DNA of 62,570 bases, filler included. It is 6 parts of 6 records of this genome, joined end to end, with 100 filler letters (N's around TTAATTAATTAA, not from the genome) between each part and the next. Parts side by side here need not be neighbours in the genome. Positions count along the whole stretch, not along the records: positions 50,560 to 56,358 come from SRR31156797_6587; positions 56,459 to 62,570 come from SRR31156797_6612; 4 more parts are not named here. One strand, written 5' to 3'. Below, one piece after another: positions 50,561-61,066 of this stretch. The stretch's first letter is position 1. Every line of letters starts with the position of its first letter. The translations under genes were made by a program, and so were the position numbers. The notes below the pieces were generated by a model. The model saw nothing but the letters and a program-made list of their open reading frames with translations, had not been told where the DNA came from and did no database searches.

Positions 50561-50794
50561 GCAATGTTGGCTGCAAAAGAAGAAGCTGCAAAACCGAAAA
50601 AACGTCGTTCGCGTCGTGGTGGAGCTAAAAAAGCTGAAACTGCTGCACCCGCTGCGGAAGCAAAAGTTGCTGACGATGTAGAAGTTGTAGAAGATGTAAA
50701 ACCAGTTGAAGAAACTGAAACAAAAACTGAAGATGCTGCTGAAGAAACAAAAGCAGAAGATAAATCTTCAGAAGAAGAGAAAAAAGAAGAATAG
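50561..50794 (+). CDS. rplQ: Probable C-terminal low-complexity tail of 50S ribosomal protein L17 (5'-truncated)
   Basis: KKRRSRRGG followed by an A/E/K-rich tail, as in Bacteroidota L17; strong terminator follows. The conserved domain is not in the window. Confidence 0.65.
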   Translation, partial: AMLAAKEEAAKPKKRRSRRGGAKKAETAAPAAEAKVADDVEVVEDVKPVEETETKTEDAAEETKAEDKSSEEEKKEE

Positions 50795-50806
50795 ATTTCT
50801 TAATAT

Positions 50807-50842
50807 AAAAAAAGGCCGGTTGATTTCAATCGGCCTTTTTTT
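50807..50842 (+). terminator. Intrinsic terminator after rplQ
   Basis: A7-GGCCGGTTGA-TT-TCAATCGGCC-T7. Confidence 0.88.
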
Positions 50843-50853
50843 ATTGCTATTTT

Positions 50854-50907
50854 TGAAAAGGATGGCATCTGTATTATAAACAAACGATACAGATGCCATC
50901 CTTTTCA
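50854..50907. repeat. Perfect 21-bp inverted repeat downstream of rarA
   Basis: TGAAAAGGATGGCATCTGTAT-N12-ATACAGATGCCATCCTTTTCA. Confidence 0.85.
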
Positions 50908-50922
50908 TTGGATTTTAAGTTT

Positions 50923-52194
50923 CTAAAACCGTTCTCCCCACCATTTTTTTAACCGTTCCAGTATTTTTAATTCCGATTGATTATTTTGAGGATGATAAAT
51001 TCGTTGGTTCTTTATTTCATCAGGAAGAAAATCCTGTTCAATAAAATTACCGTCGTAGGCATGCGCGTATTTGTAATTCTTTCCATAACCAATCTCTTTC
51101 ATTAGTTTGGTAGGTGCATTTCTAATATGCAACGGAACCGGAAGATTACCGGTTTTTTTAACAAGAGCAATGGCATCGTCGATAGCAGAATATGCTGAAT
51201 TACTTTTTGGAGAAGTAGCCAAATAAATGGTACAGTTCGAAAGTATAATCCTACTTTCAGGGTTCCCGATTTTATGTACCGCGTCGAAAGTGCTTTGTGC
51301 CAACAACAGTGCATTCGGATTAGCGAGTCCCACATCTTCGGCTGCTAAAATAAGCAATCGCCGGGCAATAAATTTCACATCTTCGCCGCCTTCAATCATT
51401 CGGGCAAGCCAGTAAACAGCTGCGTCAGGATCGCTGCCGCGAATACTTTTTATAAAAGCTGAAATGATATCGTAGTGCATTTCACCCTGCTTATCGTAGA
51501 TAGCAAGGTTTTTCTGAAGCCGATTGGTTACTTTTTCATTGGTTATTTCAATATTGTCTCCTTCCTCAGCAAGCACAACCAATTCTAATACATTCAAAAG
51601 TTTTCGGGCATCTCCACCTGAAAAACGAAGCATGGCTTGATTTTCCAGAATCGTTATTTTTTTCTTATTAAGATTTACATCTTTCTTTAGTGCCAAATCA
51701 ACAATTTGTAATAATCCGTCTTTATCGAGGTGTTTTAGCACATAAACCTGGCAACGCGAAAGGAGAGGGGAGATTACTTCAAACGATGGATTTTCTGTTG
51801 TTGCACCTATTAATGTAATGGTTCCGTTTTCTACAGCACCAAGTAATGAATCTTGCTGTGATTTGCTAAACCGATGAATTTCGTCGATAAAAAGAATTGG
51901 ATTTGGCCGGTTAAAAAACTGTTGTTTCTGTGCTTTTTCAATTACTTCACGAATATCTTTTACTCCTGAATTTATTGCACTTAACGTATAAAACGGACGT
52001 TCAAGGGTGTTGGCAATAATTTTTGCCAGGGTCGTTTTTCCTACTCCGGGCGGGCCCCATAAAATAAGCGAAGAAATATTCCCCGATTCAATCATTTTTC
52101 GCAGTACCGAATTTTTTCCAACCAGGTGCTCCTGCCCAATGTAATCGTTCAGTGTTTTTGGTCGTAATCGCTCAGCAAGTGGTTGGTTACTCAT
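50923..52194 (-). CDS. rarA: Replication-associated recombination protein A (MgsA/RarA AAA+ ATPase)
   Basis: PLAERLRP, GPPGVGKT, FIDEIHRF, ATTENP, SAFIKSIRGSD and EDVGLA motifs. Confidence 0.97.
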   Translation of the reverse strand: MSNQPLAERLRPKTLNDYIGQEHLVGKNSVLRKMIESGNISSLILWGPPGVGKTTLAKIIANTLERPFYTLSAINSGVKDIREVIEKAQKQQFFNRPNPILFIDEIHRFSKSQQDSLLGAVENGTITLIGATTENPSFEVISPLLSRCQVYVLKHLDKDGLLQIVDLALKKDVNLNKKKITILENQAMLRFSGGDARKLLNVLELVVLAEEGDNIEITNEKVTNRLQKNLAIYDKQGEMHYDIISAFIKSIRGSDPDAAVYWLARMIEGGEDVKFIARRLLILAAEDVGLANPNALLLAQSTFDAVHKIGNPESRIILSNCTIYLATSPKSNSAYSAIDDAIALVKKTGNLPVPLHIRNAPTKLMKEIGYGKNYKYAHAYDGNFIEQDFLPDEIKNQRIYHPQNNQSELKILERLKKWWGERF

Positions 52195-52260
52195 AATTGA
52201 ATTTCAGCATAAATAAATAGCACAAACGTAATTCTTTTAAGAAAACTAAAATACAGAAAT

Positions 52261-53727
52261 TTATGTTTTTTGAATGATATTTAGCATTCTTGTTTTAATC
52301 TGCAAACGGTAACTTAAACCGATTAAACGGATTTTTGCATTTGCCATGAAATTATGTCCAACAATAGTTTGCAGAAAATACAATGCCATTTTGATTGAAT
52401 TTCGTTTTTTGCTCTTTTTTAGTACTTCATAATGAAAACGATCAAATTGTTTCTGAATTTCATTTTTTGGAAAATCAGGTAAATCAAGCAAAGCGTGCTG
52501 ACGTTCGTTTTTTGTATCTATCTTCTCGGGTAAAAGGGCCAACGATTTTGTCATTTTGTATAATTCGGTTCCTTCATATGGGAAAAATATGGAAGTTGCA
52601 TGCCAGTCAGGTTGTAGTAACTGGTTGATTTTTAATGTTTCCAGAAAATCTTCCCGGGTTTCGGTTGGTAATCCTATTAAATTAAACATGCCAATTTTTA
52701 ACCCATATTTTCGGGCAATATTTACTGCTTTTATAATGGTCTCGTTCGAGTAATTACGATTTAAAATTTCGGAACGAATTCGCTCACTTCCAGATTCAAG
52801 CCCAATAATTACTGAGCTAAATCCTGCTTTTTTCAGACCGCTGAAAACCAGTTCAAAATCCATTTTATCGTGAACTCGTAAATTGGCGCCAAACGAAAGT
52901 TTAACATTTAAACTACTGTTTAATACTGCCAATTGTGTACATAATTCACGTAACCATTTTATATTGGCACCCAGTGTTTCTATTTCTAAAAAGTATTCAG
53001 CTACTAACGGAAATTTTTCTGTTAAATTTTTTATTTCATTAGTAATATTTTCCGGCGAACGCATTCGAACATATTTTCCGGAAGTTACCTGCCGCAGTTT
53101 ATGATTGCAACAATACGAACAATTAAAGGGGCATCCGCGACCCAGTAAAACGGTAAGTCTTGAGTTCTTTTCCAAAATCCAGGGCTGCCAAATTTCGCGG
53201 TCGACAAATGGAAGTGAATCTAAATCTTGTATGAATGGGCGTGTTTTATTTTTGAATATTTTATTGTCTTTTTTTATCCAAAGGTTCTCAATGTTGGTAA
53301 TTCCTTCTTTTTGCTCAAGTTTATTTGCTAATTCTAAAAGAGGGAATTCTCCTTCTCCAATGCATAAAACATCAAATATTTCGAGGTATTCATCTTTCGG
53401 ACTTATGGTAACGTGAACGCCACCAAGCACCGAAAAAAGACGGTGTTTTTCTTTTATATAACTTGCTATCTCACAAATAAAATCAATTTCAGAATTTACA
53501 GCTGTATAACTTATTAAATCAGGTTTCTCAGAGTTAATTACTTTATTTATTAATTCAATATTTTTTGATTTGTTCCTTCGGTCAAGTACAAGCAATGCTG
53601 TAGTATGTCCACCGTTTTTTAATACAGCCGAAATTTGTGCAATTCCCATTTGTATATCCTCCTGACCTTTTAACGGTGTTTTTAAAGAAATTGATTTTTG
53701 TACAGAATAAACAAACAGGATTTTCAT
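52261..53727 (-). CDS. B12-binding-domain radical SAM protein
   Basis: N-terminal cobalamin-binding-like domain (GGVH, GEGE), RGCPFNCSYC, GLESGS and IGLPTET motifs. Confidence 0.9.
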   Translation of the reverse strand: MKILFVYSVQKSISLKTPLKGQEDIQMGIAQISAVLKNGGHTTALLVLDRRNKSKNIELINKVINSEKPDLISYTAVNSEIDFICEIASYIKEKHRLFSVLGGVHVTISPKDEYLEIFDVLCIGEGEFPLLELANKLEQKEGITNIENLWIKKDNKIFKNKTRPFIQDLDSLPFVDREIWQPWILEKNSRLTVLLGRGCPFNCSYCCNHKLRQVTSGKYVRMRSPENITNEIKNLTEKFPLVAEYFLEIETLGANIKWLRELCTQLAVLNSSLNVKLSFGANLRVHDKMDFELVFSGLKKAGFSSVIIGLESGSERIRSEILNRNYSNETIIKAVNIARKYGLKIGMFNLIGLPTETREDFLETLKINQLLQPDWHATSIFFPYEGTELYKMTKSLALLPEKIDTKNERQHALLDLPDFPKNEIQKQFDRFHYEVLKKSKKRNSIKMALYFLQTIVGHNFMANAKIRLIGLSYRLQIKTRMLNIIQKT

Positions 53728-53792
53728 CGATTTTTATTATTTGAAGTAAATTGAATAACTCAAGAACGTAAACAATATCAATTTCCCTAAAA

Positions 53793-54362
53793 TTAGTCGA
53801 TTAGGATATTGTATTTAATCAGCAGTCCACTAATGTTATGCATCGAAAACCGGGCTTGGTTAATGTTTGTTAGTTCCGGGTCGATTGAAAAATTGTATGC
53901 CGAGCTTAAATCGGCACCTTCCAGATTAGAATTTTCAAATATTGCTCCGGTCAAATCACAATTTTTAAAAACTGCTTTTGAAAGGTTTGCATATGATAGA
54001 TCTACTTCTTCCATTTTACATTCTTCAAAACGGGTATTTTTAATTTTCTTTTTATGAAATGAAGAGAAACTCAAAATGCAGGAATGAAACTGAAAGGAAA
54101 GTAAAAACGGGTTACACTCATCGAATGGTAATCCGATAAGTTTACAATTACTGAACTTTACATTCTGGAAAGTGGTATTTCGAATTTTTGCCATACTAAA
54201 ATTGCAGTTTTCGAATATACATTCAGAAAAAGTACCGTCCGATAAATGGGCATTAGAGAAATTACAATTTATAAAATTACAATTTTCAAATTCGTCTTTT
54301 TCAAAGATTTTTTCTGAATAGTTTTGATTTTCAAGAGTTTTATCTTCGGTGTAGTTAGTCAT
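53793..54362 (-). CDS. Pentapeptide repeat protein
   Basis: Tandem units such as FENCN-FINCN-FSNAH-LSDGT-FSECI-FENCN and LSYAN-LSKAV-FKNCD-LTGAI; likely start MTNY at 54362. Confidence 0.93.
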   Translation of the reverse strand: MTNYTEDKTLENQNYSEKIFEKDEFENCNFINCNFSNAHLSDGTFSECIFENCNFSMAKIRNTTFQNVKFSNCKLIGLPFDECNPFLLSFQFHSCILSFSSFHKKKIKNTRFEECKMEEVDLSYANLSKAVFKNCDLTGAIFENSNLEGADLSSAYNFSIDPELTNINQARFSMHNISGLLIKYNILID

Positions 54363-54374
54363 AAAAAGCAATTG

Positions 54375-54929
54375 TTATTTTAATTCATAAACAAATTCAG
54401 ACTGTTTATTTCGTGTTCTCGGATTTAATTCACGTTGTTTTAATTCATCGGAAAGCTGATTTGGATCTCCCGGAAATCCAACTGCCAGGATTGTTGCCGG
54501 GGCAAAATTCTTTGTGTCGAGGTTTAAATATTCTGTAGCTTTTTCTTTATTGAAACCTGCCATTTGATGAACTTGCAGCCCCATTTCTGCAGCCTGAACG
54601 GCTATTGAAACATTGGCAGCGCCAATATCGTGTATGGCATTTTTGTTTTCACGGGTTTTATAATCGTAATTCTTTTTTACCACCGAAATAATAAGTACTT
54701 GTGCGTTTTTAGCCCATTCCGAATTTATTCCCAGCAAAATATCAATAATTTCATTAAAAACTTTTTTGTTTTCGCGACGGACAAAGTAATATTTCCAGGG
54801 TTGTTCGTTCATTGCCGAAGGTGCCCACCGTGCTGCTTCAAACAGAAGCTCTAACATTTTAGCGGTTACTTTTTCATCAGAAAATGCGCGCGGACTCCAG
54901 CGGTTTTGTATGGCATTATTCAGTTTCAT
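54375..54929 (-). CDS. Nitroreductase family protein
   Basis: RWSPRAF, AARWAPSAMNEQPW and HQMAGF motifs. Confidence 0.93.
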   Translation of the reverse strand: MKLNNAIQNRWSPRAFSDEKVTAKMLELLFEAARWAPSAMNEQPWKYYFVRRENKKVFNEIIDILLGINSEWAKNAQVLIISVVKKNYDYKTRENKNAIHDIGAANVSIAVQAAEMGLQVHQMAGFNKEKATEYLNLDTKNFAPATILAVGFPGDPNQLSDELKQRELNPRTRNKQSEFVYELK

Positions 54930-54955
54930 AACAATTATATTAAAAGTATAAAAAT

Positions 54956-54980
54956 AAAAAAAGCCGGCTAAACCGGCTTT
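54956..54980 (-). terminator. Intrinsic terminator after citrate synthase
   Basis: Minus strand reads AAAGCCGG-TTTAG-CCGGCTTTTTTT. Confidence 0.8.
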
Positions 54981-54998
54981 ACTATATTACATCATTTT

Positions 54999-56318
54999 TT
55001 AACATTCTTCTTTCTTTCCGGTTGCCTGTTCACGAAACCAGCTTAATGGGTGCGAAGTTGGTCTTTCAATTGGCATTCCGTAAATACGGTCGTTTACCAG
55101 AGACGCTAAAACTCCTAATGCACGCGAAACTCCAAACATTACTGTATAAAATGAATATTCTTTAATACCATAATGATAAAGAAGTGCACCACTGTATGCA
55201 TCGACATTTGGCCATGGGTTTTTAATTTTCCCCACTGAACCTAAAATTGGAGGAACTACCCGGTATAATTGGTTAGCTAAATTTACCATTTTATCGTCTT
55301 TAATATACTTGTTGGCAAATTCTTCCTGAGCAGTAAAACGTGGATCTGTTTTACGTAATACAGCATGACCATAACCTGGTATTACACGGCCTTCTTCCAA
55401 TGTTTTTTTGCAATATTCGGCAACTTGTTCATCAGTTGGAGAATCGGTATCTAATTCTTCAATCATATCGAACATCCAGAAAATTACATCTTGGTTGGCA
55501 AGACCGTGTAAAGGTCCTGCTAAACCTGTCATTGCAGCTGCATAACAATAATATGGATTACTGAGTGCTGAACCTACCAAATGAGCTGTATGTGCAGAAA
55601 CATTCCCACCTTCGTGATCGGCATGTATTATCATATATAAACGGAACAAACGATGAATGTCTTCCGAATCAAATCCCATCATATGAGCAAGGTTGCCAGC
55701 CCAGTCTAAACGTGGATTTGGTTCAATATGAACACCGTTGTGAAACTGTCGGCGATAAATATAAGCAGCAATGTGAGGTAGACGTGCAATCAAATTCATT
55801 GCATCCTCGTAGGTAGCGTCCCAAAAGTATTTTTTGTTTACACCTGCACGGTATGCTTTTTGAAAACTTGATTCAGTAGCCATAGACAGAATAGCTGCGC
55901 TAAACTGTGTCATTGGCCTTGAGTTTTTAGGCATGGCATCTATTACATCAAAAGTATGCTGAGGCACGTGAGCTCTCGTTGCCAAGTCTCTTGATAAGTT
56001 TAAAGCATCTTCCTGCGATGGAATTTCACCGATTAACATTAAATATAATAATCCTTCAGGAAGAGGCTCTCCTTCCGGATTTATTTTTGGAAGTTTTTTT
56101 TGTAATTCAGGAATAGTAAAACCTTTAAAACGAATCCCTTCTTCCGGATCAAGCTTTGACGTATCGGTTACCAATAAAGGTATTCCTTTCATTCCGGTTA
56201 AGACTTGCCCAAGAGTTACTTCTCCCAGTACAACATCAGCATGTTCTTTTTTGAGTCTTTGAAACTCCTTGGCACATTTATTTGCCTTTTGATAAAATCT
56301 GTACTTAATGTATTCCAT
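54999..56318 (-). CDS. gltA: Citrate (Si)-synthase, eukaryotic-type
   Basis: IHADHEGGNVSAH, GLAGPLHGLANQ, PGYGHAVLRKTDPR, WPNVDA and FGVSRALG motifs. Confidence 0.95.
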   Translation of the reverse strand: MEYIKYRFYQKANKCAKEFQRLKKEHADVVLGEVTLGQVLTGMKGIPLLVTDTSKLDPEEGIRFKGFTIPELQKKLPKINPEGEPLPEGLLYLMLIGEIPSQEDALNLSRDLATRAHVPQHTFDVIDAMPKNSRPMTQFSAAILSMATESSFQKAYRAGVNKKYFWDATYEDAMNLIARLPHIAAYIYRRQFHNGVHIEPNPRLDWAGNLAHMMGFDSEDIHRLFRLYMIIHADHEGGNVSAHTAHLVGSALSNPYYCYAAAMTGLAGPLHGLANQDVIFWMFDMIEELDTDSPTDEQVAEYCKKTLEEGRVIPGYGHAVLRKTDPRFTAQEEFANKYIKDDKMVNLANQLYRVVPPILGSVGKIKNPWPNVDAYSGALLYHYGIKEYSFYTVMFGVSRALGVLASLVNDRIYGMPIERPTSHPLSWFREQATGKKEEC

Positions 56319-56358
56319 TGTATTACTGTTTGTTATTTAATTTTTCTTATTAATGCAT

Positions 56359-56458
56359 NNNNNNNNNNNNNNNNNNNNNNNNNNNNNNNNNNNNNNNNNN
56401 NNTTAATTAATTAANNNNNNNNNNNNNNNNNNNNNNNNNNNNNNNNNNNNNNNNNNNN
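56359..56458. other. Artificial contig linker
   Basis: N44-TTAATTAATTAA-N44. Confidence 0.98.
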
Positions 56459-56463
56459 AAAAG

Positions 56464-56497
56464 AAAAACCCGTTGTAAAATACTACAGCGGGTTTTT
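56464..56497. terminator. Terminator-like hairpin at the contig start
   Basis: AAAAACCCGTTGTA-AAATAC-TACAGCGGGTTTTT. Confidence 0.7.
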
Positions 56498-56947
56498 AGA
56501 TTTATAAAACTACCGGGCTTACTGGAAGTCTTATAAACCGGAAGTACTCACTTCTTTCGTCAAATATGCCAACTACTTTGTGGAAAAGTTGTTGTTAAAG
56601 ATATTATTAGATAGGTACACCCTTAAACTCTTTGAAGTTTGCAGCTCCATTAATTATTGTTCGTACGTTCAATATGTCCATAGTACCACGAGATCCAATA
56701 TCGTGTTGAAGTAATTTGTAGATTGAAATTCGCTGATATGCAGCCAAAGAATTTCCTGGAGGTATTTCAGTAACAAGCTAATTACTGGATGGTAAACTCA
56801 GAATCTCTGACACGGTTACCTATCCTTATACTATTCTGAATTCGTCAAAAAAAATCTCTAATGCCGGGATTTCTTGTATCTTTATTTTTGTGTTTCGTCA
56901 TTTTTTGTTTTTCAAAACTATTATATTTTAGCAAGTAAATATTCATT

Positions 56948-59900
56948 ATGAATAAGCATCTCTTTATATTCTTTATAATTCTTTTTGCGGGCATAAAATG
57001 TTTGGCAAATGATTATAATATAGAATACCTGACTACTGAGCAGGGGCTTACTCAAAATGAGGTAACCATAATCGTTCAAGATCAAAATGGTTTTATGTGG
57101 TTTGGTACACGGGGGGGATTAAACCGTTTTGATGGATACGAATTCATTCATTTCAAACCCAAGGTCAATAGTTCAAAACATCTGTCTAATCCATCTATCG
57201 AAGCGCTCTTTGAAGATTCAAACGGAAATCTTTGGGTTGGCACTAAATCGGGAGGTTTGAATTTTTATAATTCTCAAACCGGCCAGTTTTCTCATATTCT
57301 TTCATACGGAAAACCGGAGCAGAAAATTGAAGATATCCGTATTATTTCATTTGCCGAAACCCTGGATAAAAGAATAATAATAGGTACCTGGTCGGATGGT
57401 CTTTACATTTGCGACCGTAAAAATACGATGCTTCATCATCTGTTCGAAAATATTCAGGTAAACGACATTTTAGTAACTGATAATTTTGCATGGATAGCCA
57501 CCAACGAAGGTTTTTATAAAATGAGTCTCGAAGATTATTCGATTGATCTTATTGAACTCGATAATACCTATAATATAACAGAGTGTCAGCTCGATAAAAA
57601 AACAGAACGTATTTGGCTCGCAGGCTGGGAGTGTGGACTTATTTCGTATTCGTATAACACCGGCGAATACGAACGGTTTAAAATTAATCCTGAATTTGGA
57701 TCTTTAACCCGGAATATTAATAACACCTATTCGTTATTACTCGATTCAAAAAATGATTTGTGGGTAGGTACCTGGAATTTCGGCCTTTTCAAATTCGATA
57801 TTCAGAAAAAAGCATTTGAAAAAGTGGTGTTAGGAACCGGAACAGATGTAAAATACAACAGCAACTATACCATTATTTTAGACATTTACGAAGACGATAA
57901 TCAAAACATTTGGATTGGTACAGATTCTGGTGGAATAATAAAGTTACGAACCAGTAAAACCTTTAGTGGGCTTTCGCTCGAAAATAATCCCGATTGTGGT
58001 CTCACCAATTTTAATGTAAACAGCTTCTGGAAATCGGAGGAAGGTACTTTATATGTTGGAACCAGGGGCGGCGGATTGTTTAAAACCTCCGACAATTTAA
58101 GCTTTACACAGGTGTTGGCTGATGAAAAATTAACTAAAACAATTGCGGTAAAAGATATTTTTCCAATGTCGGAAGATAAGCTTTGGATAAGTTACGATGA
58201 CCGGTGTTATGAACTCGATATTCGGGATGAAAATGCAAAAATTAGTCGAATAGATAACGAATATATAAACCAAATCAGGAAAATAACTGCCTTAAAAAAA
58301 GTCAACAATGCACTAATCATCGGAACACAGCAAAATGGTTTGTATTTTTTCCCTGATATGAATAATATGAGCCAATCGGTTCATCTAACTCCACAAAATA
58401 ATGAGGTACTGAAAAATGAACGGATAACTTTTATTGAAACGGATAATGAAGGCCGTATTTGGATTGGCACCTTTAAGGGAGTCTATAATTTTAATCTTAT
58501 TTCGGAAACGATTACGCCGGTTCGTTTTGCAGATCATAATTTATTAACCGGCGACATAACCAGTTGCTGGCACCAGAGCAACGACTCTATTTTTTGGATT
58601 GGCACACCCAATGGGTTAAATGAGTTAATAAAAACTGCCGAAGGTGATTTTCGTATAAAACATTTCGATAAAGAATCGGGTTTGCCCGACGATTATATCT
58701 TGGGTATTCTATCAAGTAAATCCAATGAAATTTGGTTGAGTACCAACTCGGGCATTGTTAAAATATTAATCGATAACGAACGGATTTATTCTTTCGACAA
58801 ATCAGACGGAATTCAAAGCTTAAATTTTTCGGAAAGTAAAGGGTATTGTGCCAACGATGAAACCATGTATTTTGGAAATACCAACGGATACACATTTTTT
58901 AAAAGTAACGACATTGAAATTAATCGAAATATTCCGCCCGTTGTTTTTACTAAATTTAAAATCTTTAATACCGAAATCACGCCATTTTCAACCTTTAACG
59001 GCAAAACCTTCATCGAAAAGTTAATTTATACCAAACCAACTATCCATCTTTCACATAAAGAAAAAGAGTTTAGTATTGAATTCTCGTCGCTTAATTATAA
59101 TTCTCCGCAACGCAACCAGTATGCATACAAATTAGAAGGCTACGATGAAGACTGGGTAAATGCCGGAACCAAGCGCTCTGTAACCTATATAAATTTAAAA
59201 CCCGGTGAATATGTATTTCACGTAAGAGGATCGAATAATAATTATGTGTGGAATATGAAAGGTGCAGCGTTGCCCCTGGTAATTCATTCTGCTCCATGGA
59301 AAACCTGGTATGCTATTATTATTTATATCATGTTTATTATTGCCGTTGTTTTAGTAATTCGATGGAATGCAATAAAACAAGTTAACCTGGCAAATAGTCT
59401 TGAAATGGAGAAGATGCAGCACGCACAGGAACAGCATCTTCACGAAATAAAATTACGTTTCTTTACCAATATCTCTCATGAATTCAGAACACCTCTAACT
59501 TTAATTCTTGGCCCGGTAAAAGAGATGCTGGATAAAAACAGCAACAATAAACAGTTAAAATTAATTTATAAGAATTCGAAACGATTATTAACCCTGGTAA
59601 ACCAGTTGCTTGAATTCAGAAAAATGGAAGCCGACTCACTAAAATTGAAAGCTTCTAATAATAACGTTATTGATTTCGTGAAGGAGATTTGTATTTCGTT
59701 TGAAGAGTTAGCGAGTATTAATCAGATCGATTTTCGCCTGGAGCTTAACCTGAATACAACACATCTTTGGTTCGACCTTGAGAAAATGGAAATTATTTTG
59801 AACAATCTCATATCAAATGCTTTCAAATATTCGGGGGCGAATGCTATAATAAAGGTTTTATTAAAAGAAGATGAAGATTCAGTAAGTTTTCACATTATTG

Positions 59901-60982
59901 ATGGTGGTCCGGGTATTGATAAAAATGAAATCGACAAGATATTCAACCGTTTCTACCAGGTAACTAACGGCCCCAAATACAGTAGTTCGGGTATCGGTTT
60001 ACATTTGGTAAAACAAATGGTTGAGCTGCATAAAGGGGAAATAAGCGTTCAGAGTGTTCCCAATGAAATAACCGAATTTTGTGTTCGCTTAAAAAAGGAT
60101 AATAAACACCTTTCACCAGGAGAAATGGTTGAAACGATTGCGTTTTATTCTACGGGGGGAATTTTCAACAGCAGACTTGCAACTCATAGCTCAAACGAAA
60201 ATACAACCGATAACACTGGTACTGGCAATAAAAAAATCCTTATTGTTGAAGATAACGCTGAAATACGAGCATATCTTGAAGAATTATTCCAAAAAGAATT
60301 TGATGTTCGCTTAGCTGAAAATGGAAAAGTAGCTTATCAAAAGGCAAAAGAAGAGGATTTCGACCTTATAATATCTGATATTATGATGCCAGAACTTGAT
60401 GGTATAGAACTTTGTAAATCATTAAAATCAAATATCGAAACTTCACACATTCCCGTCATTCTTCTAACCGCAAAAAGTGCTTCACAATTCAGAATCGAAG
60501 GACTAAGTTACGGAGCAGAGGCTTATGTGTCAAAACCTTTTAATCCCAACGAACTTAGGATGCAGGTGCAGTCTATTTTGATGGCGCGAAACCGGGTAAA
60601 AGAAAAATTTGGTAAAACCATTACCCTCGAACCTACTAAATTGGAAATTACTTCGAACGAAGAACGGTTTATTGAACTGGTTCTGAAAAGTGTTGAAGAC
60701 AACATTGATAATTCTGAATTTAAATCTGACGATTTAGCAGGGCTTGCAGGAGTAAGTGTAACTACCTTATATCGAAAATTGAAAGCATTAACCGGTCAGT
60801 CATCCAACGAGCTAATTCGCTCAGTTCGTATTAAGAGAGCTGCTCAATTGTTAAAAGATACGTCGTATTCTGTTTCAGAAATTACCTACATGGTTGGATT
60901 TAACGACATAAAATATTTTAGAAAATGTTTTCAAAATCAGTTTAGTGAAACACCAAGCTCTTATAGAAGTTCTTTTAAATAA
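56948..60982 (+). CDS. Hybrid two-component system sensor-regulator (beta-propeller-YYY-TM-HisKA-HATPase-REC-AraC)
   Basis: Repeated W(F/V/I)GT propeller blades; YAYKLEG...YINLKPGEY; TM helix; FFTNISHEFRTPL; SDIMMP; C-terminal VGFNDIKYFRKCF. Confidence 0.96.
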   Translation: MNKHLFIFFIILFAGIKCLANDYNIEYLTTEQGLTQNEVTIIVQDQNGFMWFGTRGGLNRFDGYEFIHFKPKVNSSKHLSNPSIEALFEDSNGNLWVGTKSGGLNFYNSQTGQFSHILSYGKPEQKIEDIRIISFAETLDKRIIIGTWSDGLYICDRKNTMLHHLFENIQVNDILVTDNFAWIATNEGFYKMSLEDYSIDLIELDNTYNITECQLDKKTERIWLAGWECGLISYSYNTGEYERFKINPEFGSLTRNINNTYSLLLDSKNDLWVGTWNFGLFKFDIQKKAFEKVVLGTGTDVKYNSNYTIILDIYEDDNQNIWIGTDSGGIIKLRTSKTFSGLSLENNPDCGLTNFNVNSFWKSEEGTLYVGTRGGGLFKTSDNLSFTQVLADEKLTKTIAVKDIFPMSEDKLWISYDDRCYELDIRDENAKISRIDNEYINQIRKITALKKVNNALIIGTQQNGLYFFPDMNNMSQSVHLTPQNNEVLKNERITFIETDNEGRIWIGTFKGVYNFNLISETITPVRFADHNLLTGDITSCWHQSNDSIFWIGTPNGLNELIKTAEGDFRIKHFDKESGLPDDYILGILSSKSNEIWLSTNSGIVKILIDNERIYSFDKSDGIQSLNFSESKGYCANDETMYFGNTNGYTFFKSNDIEINRNIPPVVFTKFKIFNTEITPFSTFNGKTFIEKLIYTKPTIHLSHKEKEFSIEFSSLNYNSPQRNQYAYKLEGYDEDWVNAGTKRSVTYINLKPGEYVFHVRGSNNNYVWNMKGAALPLVIHSAPWKTWYAIIIYIMFIIAVVLVIRWNAIKQVNLANSLEMEKMQHAQEQHLHEIKLRFFTNISHEFRTPLTLILGPVKEMLDKNSNNKQLKLIYKNSKRLLTLVNQLLEFRKMEADSLKLKASNNNVIDFVKEICISFEELASINQIDFRLELNLNTTHLWFDLEKMEIILNNLISNAFKYSGANAIIKVLLKEDEDSVSFHIIDGGPGIDKNEIDKIFNRFYQVTNGPKYSSSGIGLHLVKQMVELHKGEISVQSVPNEITEFCVRLKKDNKHLSPGEMVETIAFYSTGGIFNSRLATHSSNENTTDNTGTGNKKILIVEDNAEIRAYLEELFQKEFDVRLAENGKVAYQKAKEEDFDLIISDIMMPELDGIELCKSLKSNIETSHIPVILLTAKSASQFRIEGLSYGAEAYVSKPFNPNELRMQVQSILMARNRVKEKFGKTITLEPTKLEITSNEERFIELVLKSVEDNIDNSEFKSDDLAGLAGVSVTTLYRKLKALTGQSSNELIRSVRIKRAAQLLKDTSYSVSEITYMVGFNDIKYFRKCFQNQFSETPSSYRSSFK

Positions 60983-61001
60983 GGCTTTTGTGTTTGTGGT
61001 G

Positions 61002-61066
61002 AAATAATACCCCCCTTTTTGTAAACGAATATTTTCCAGCCCGATGAAAAAATAATACCCCTCTTT
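61002..61066 (+). promoter_or_regulatory. Direct repeat upstream of susC (candidate HTCS binding sites)
   Basis: AAATAATACCCCCCTTT (61002) and AAATAATACCCCTCTTT (61050); 16 of 17 identical, 48 nt apart. Confidence 0.6.

Noticed and set aside
54999..56318. Eukaryote-like citrate synthase as recent horizontal transfer or contamination
   Set aside because: This type is known in some bacteria, and the gene is intronless with a bacterial terminator among bacterial genes.
56500..56900. Minus-strand open stretch (LVTEIPPGNSLAAYQRISIYKLLQHDIGSRGTMDILNVRTIINGAANFKEFKGVPI) upstream of the HTCS
   Set aside because: It has no convincing start or recognisable motif and is bounded by stops. It could be a gene remnant, but that cannot be supported without a homology search.
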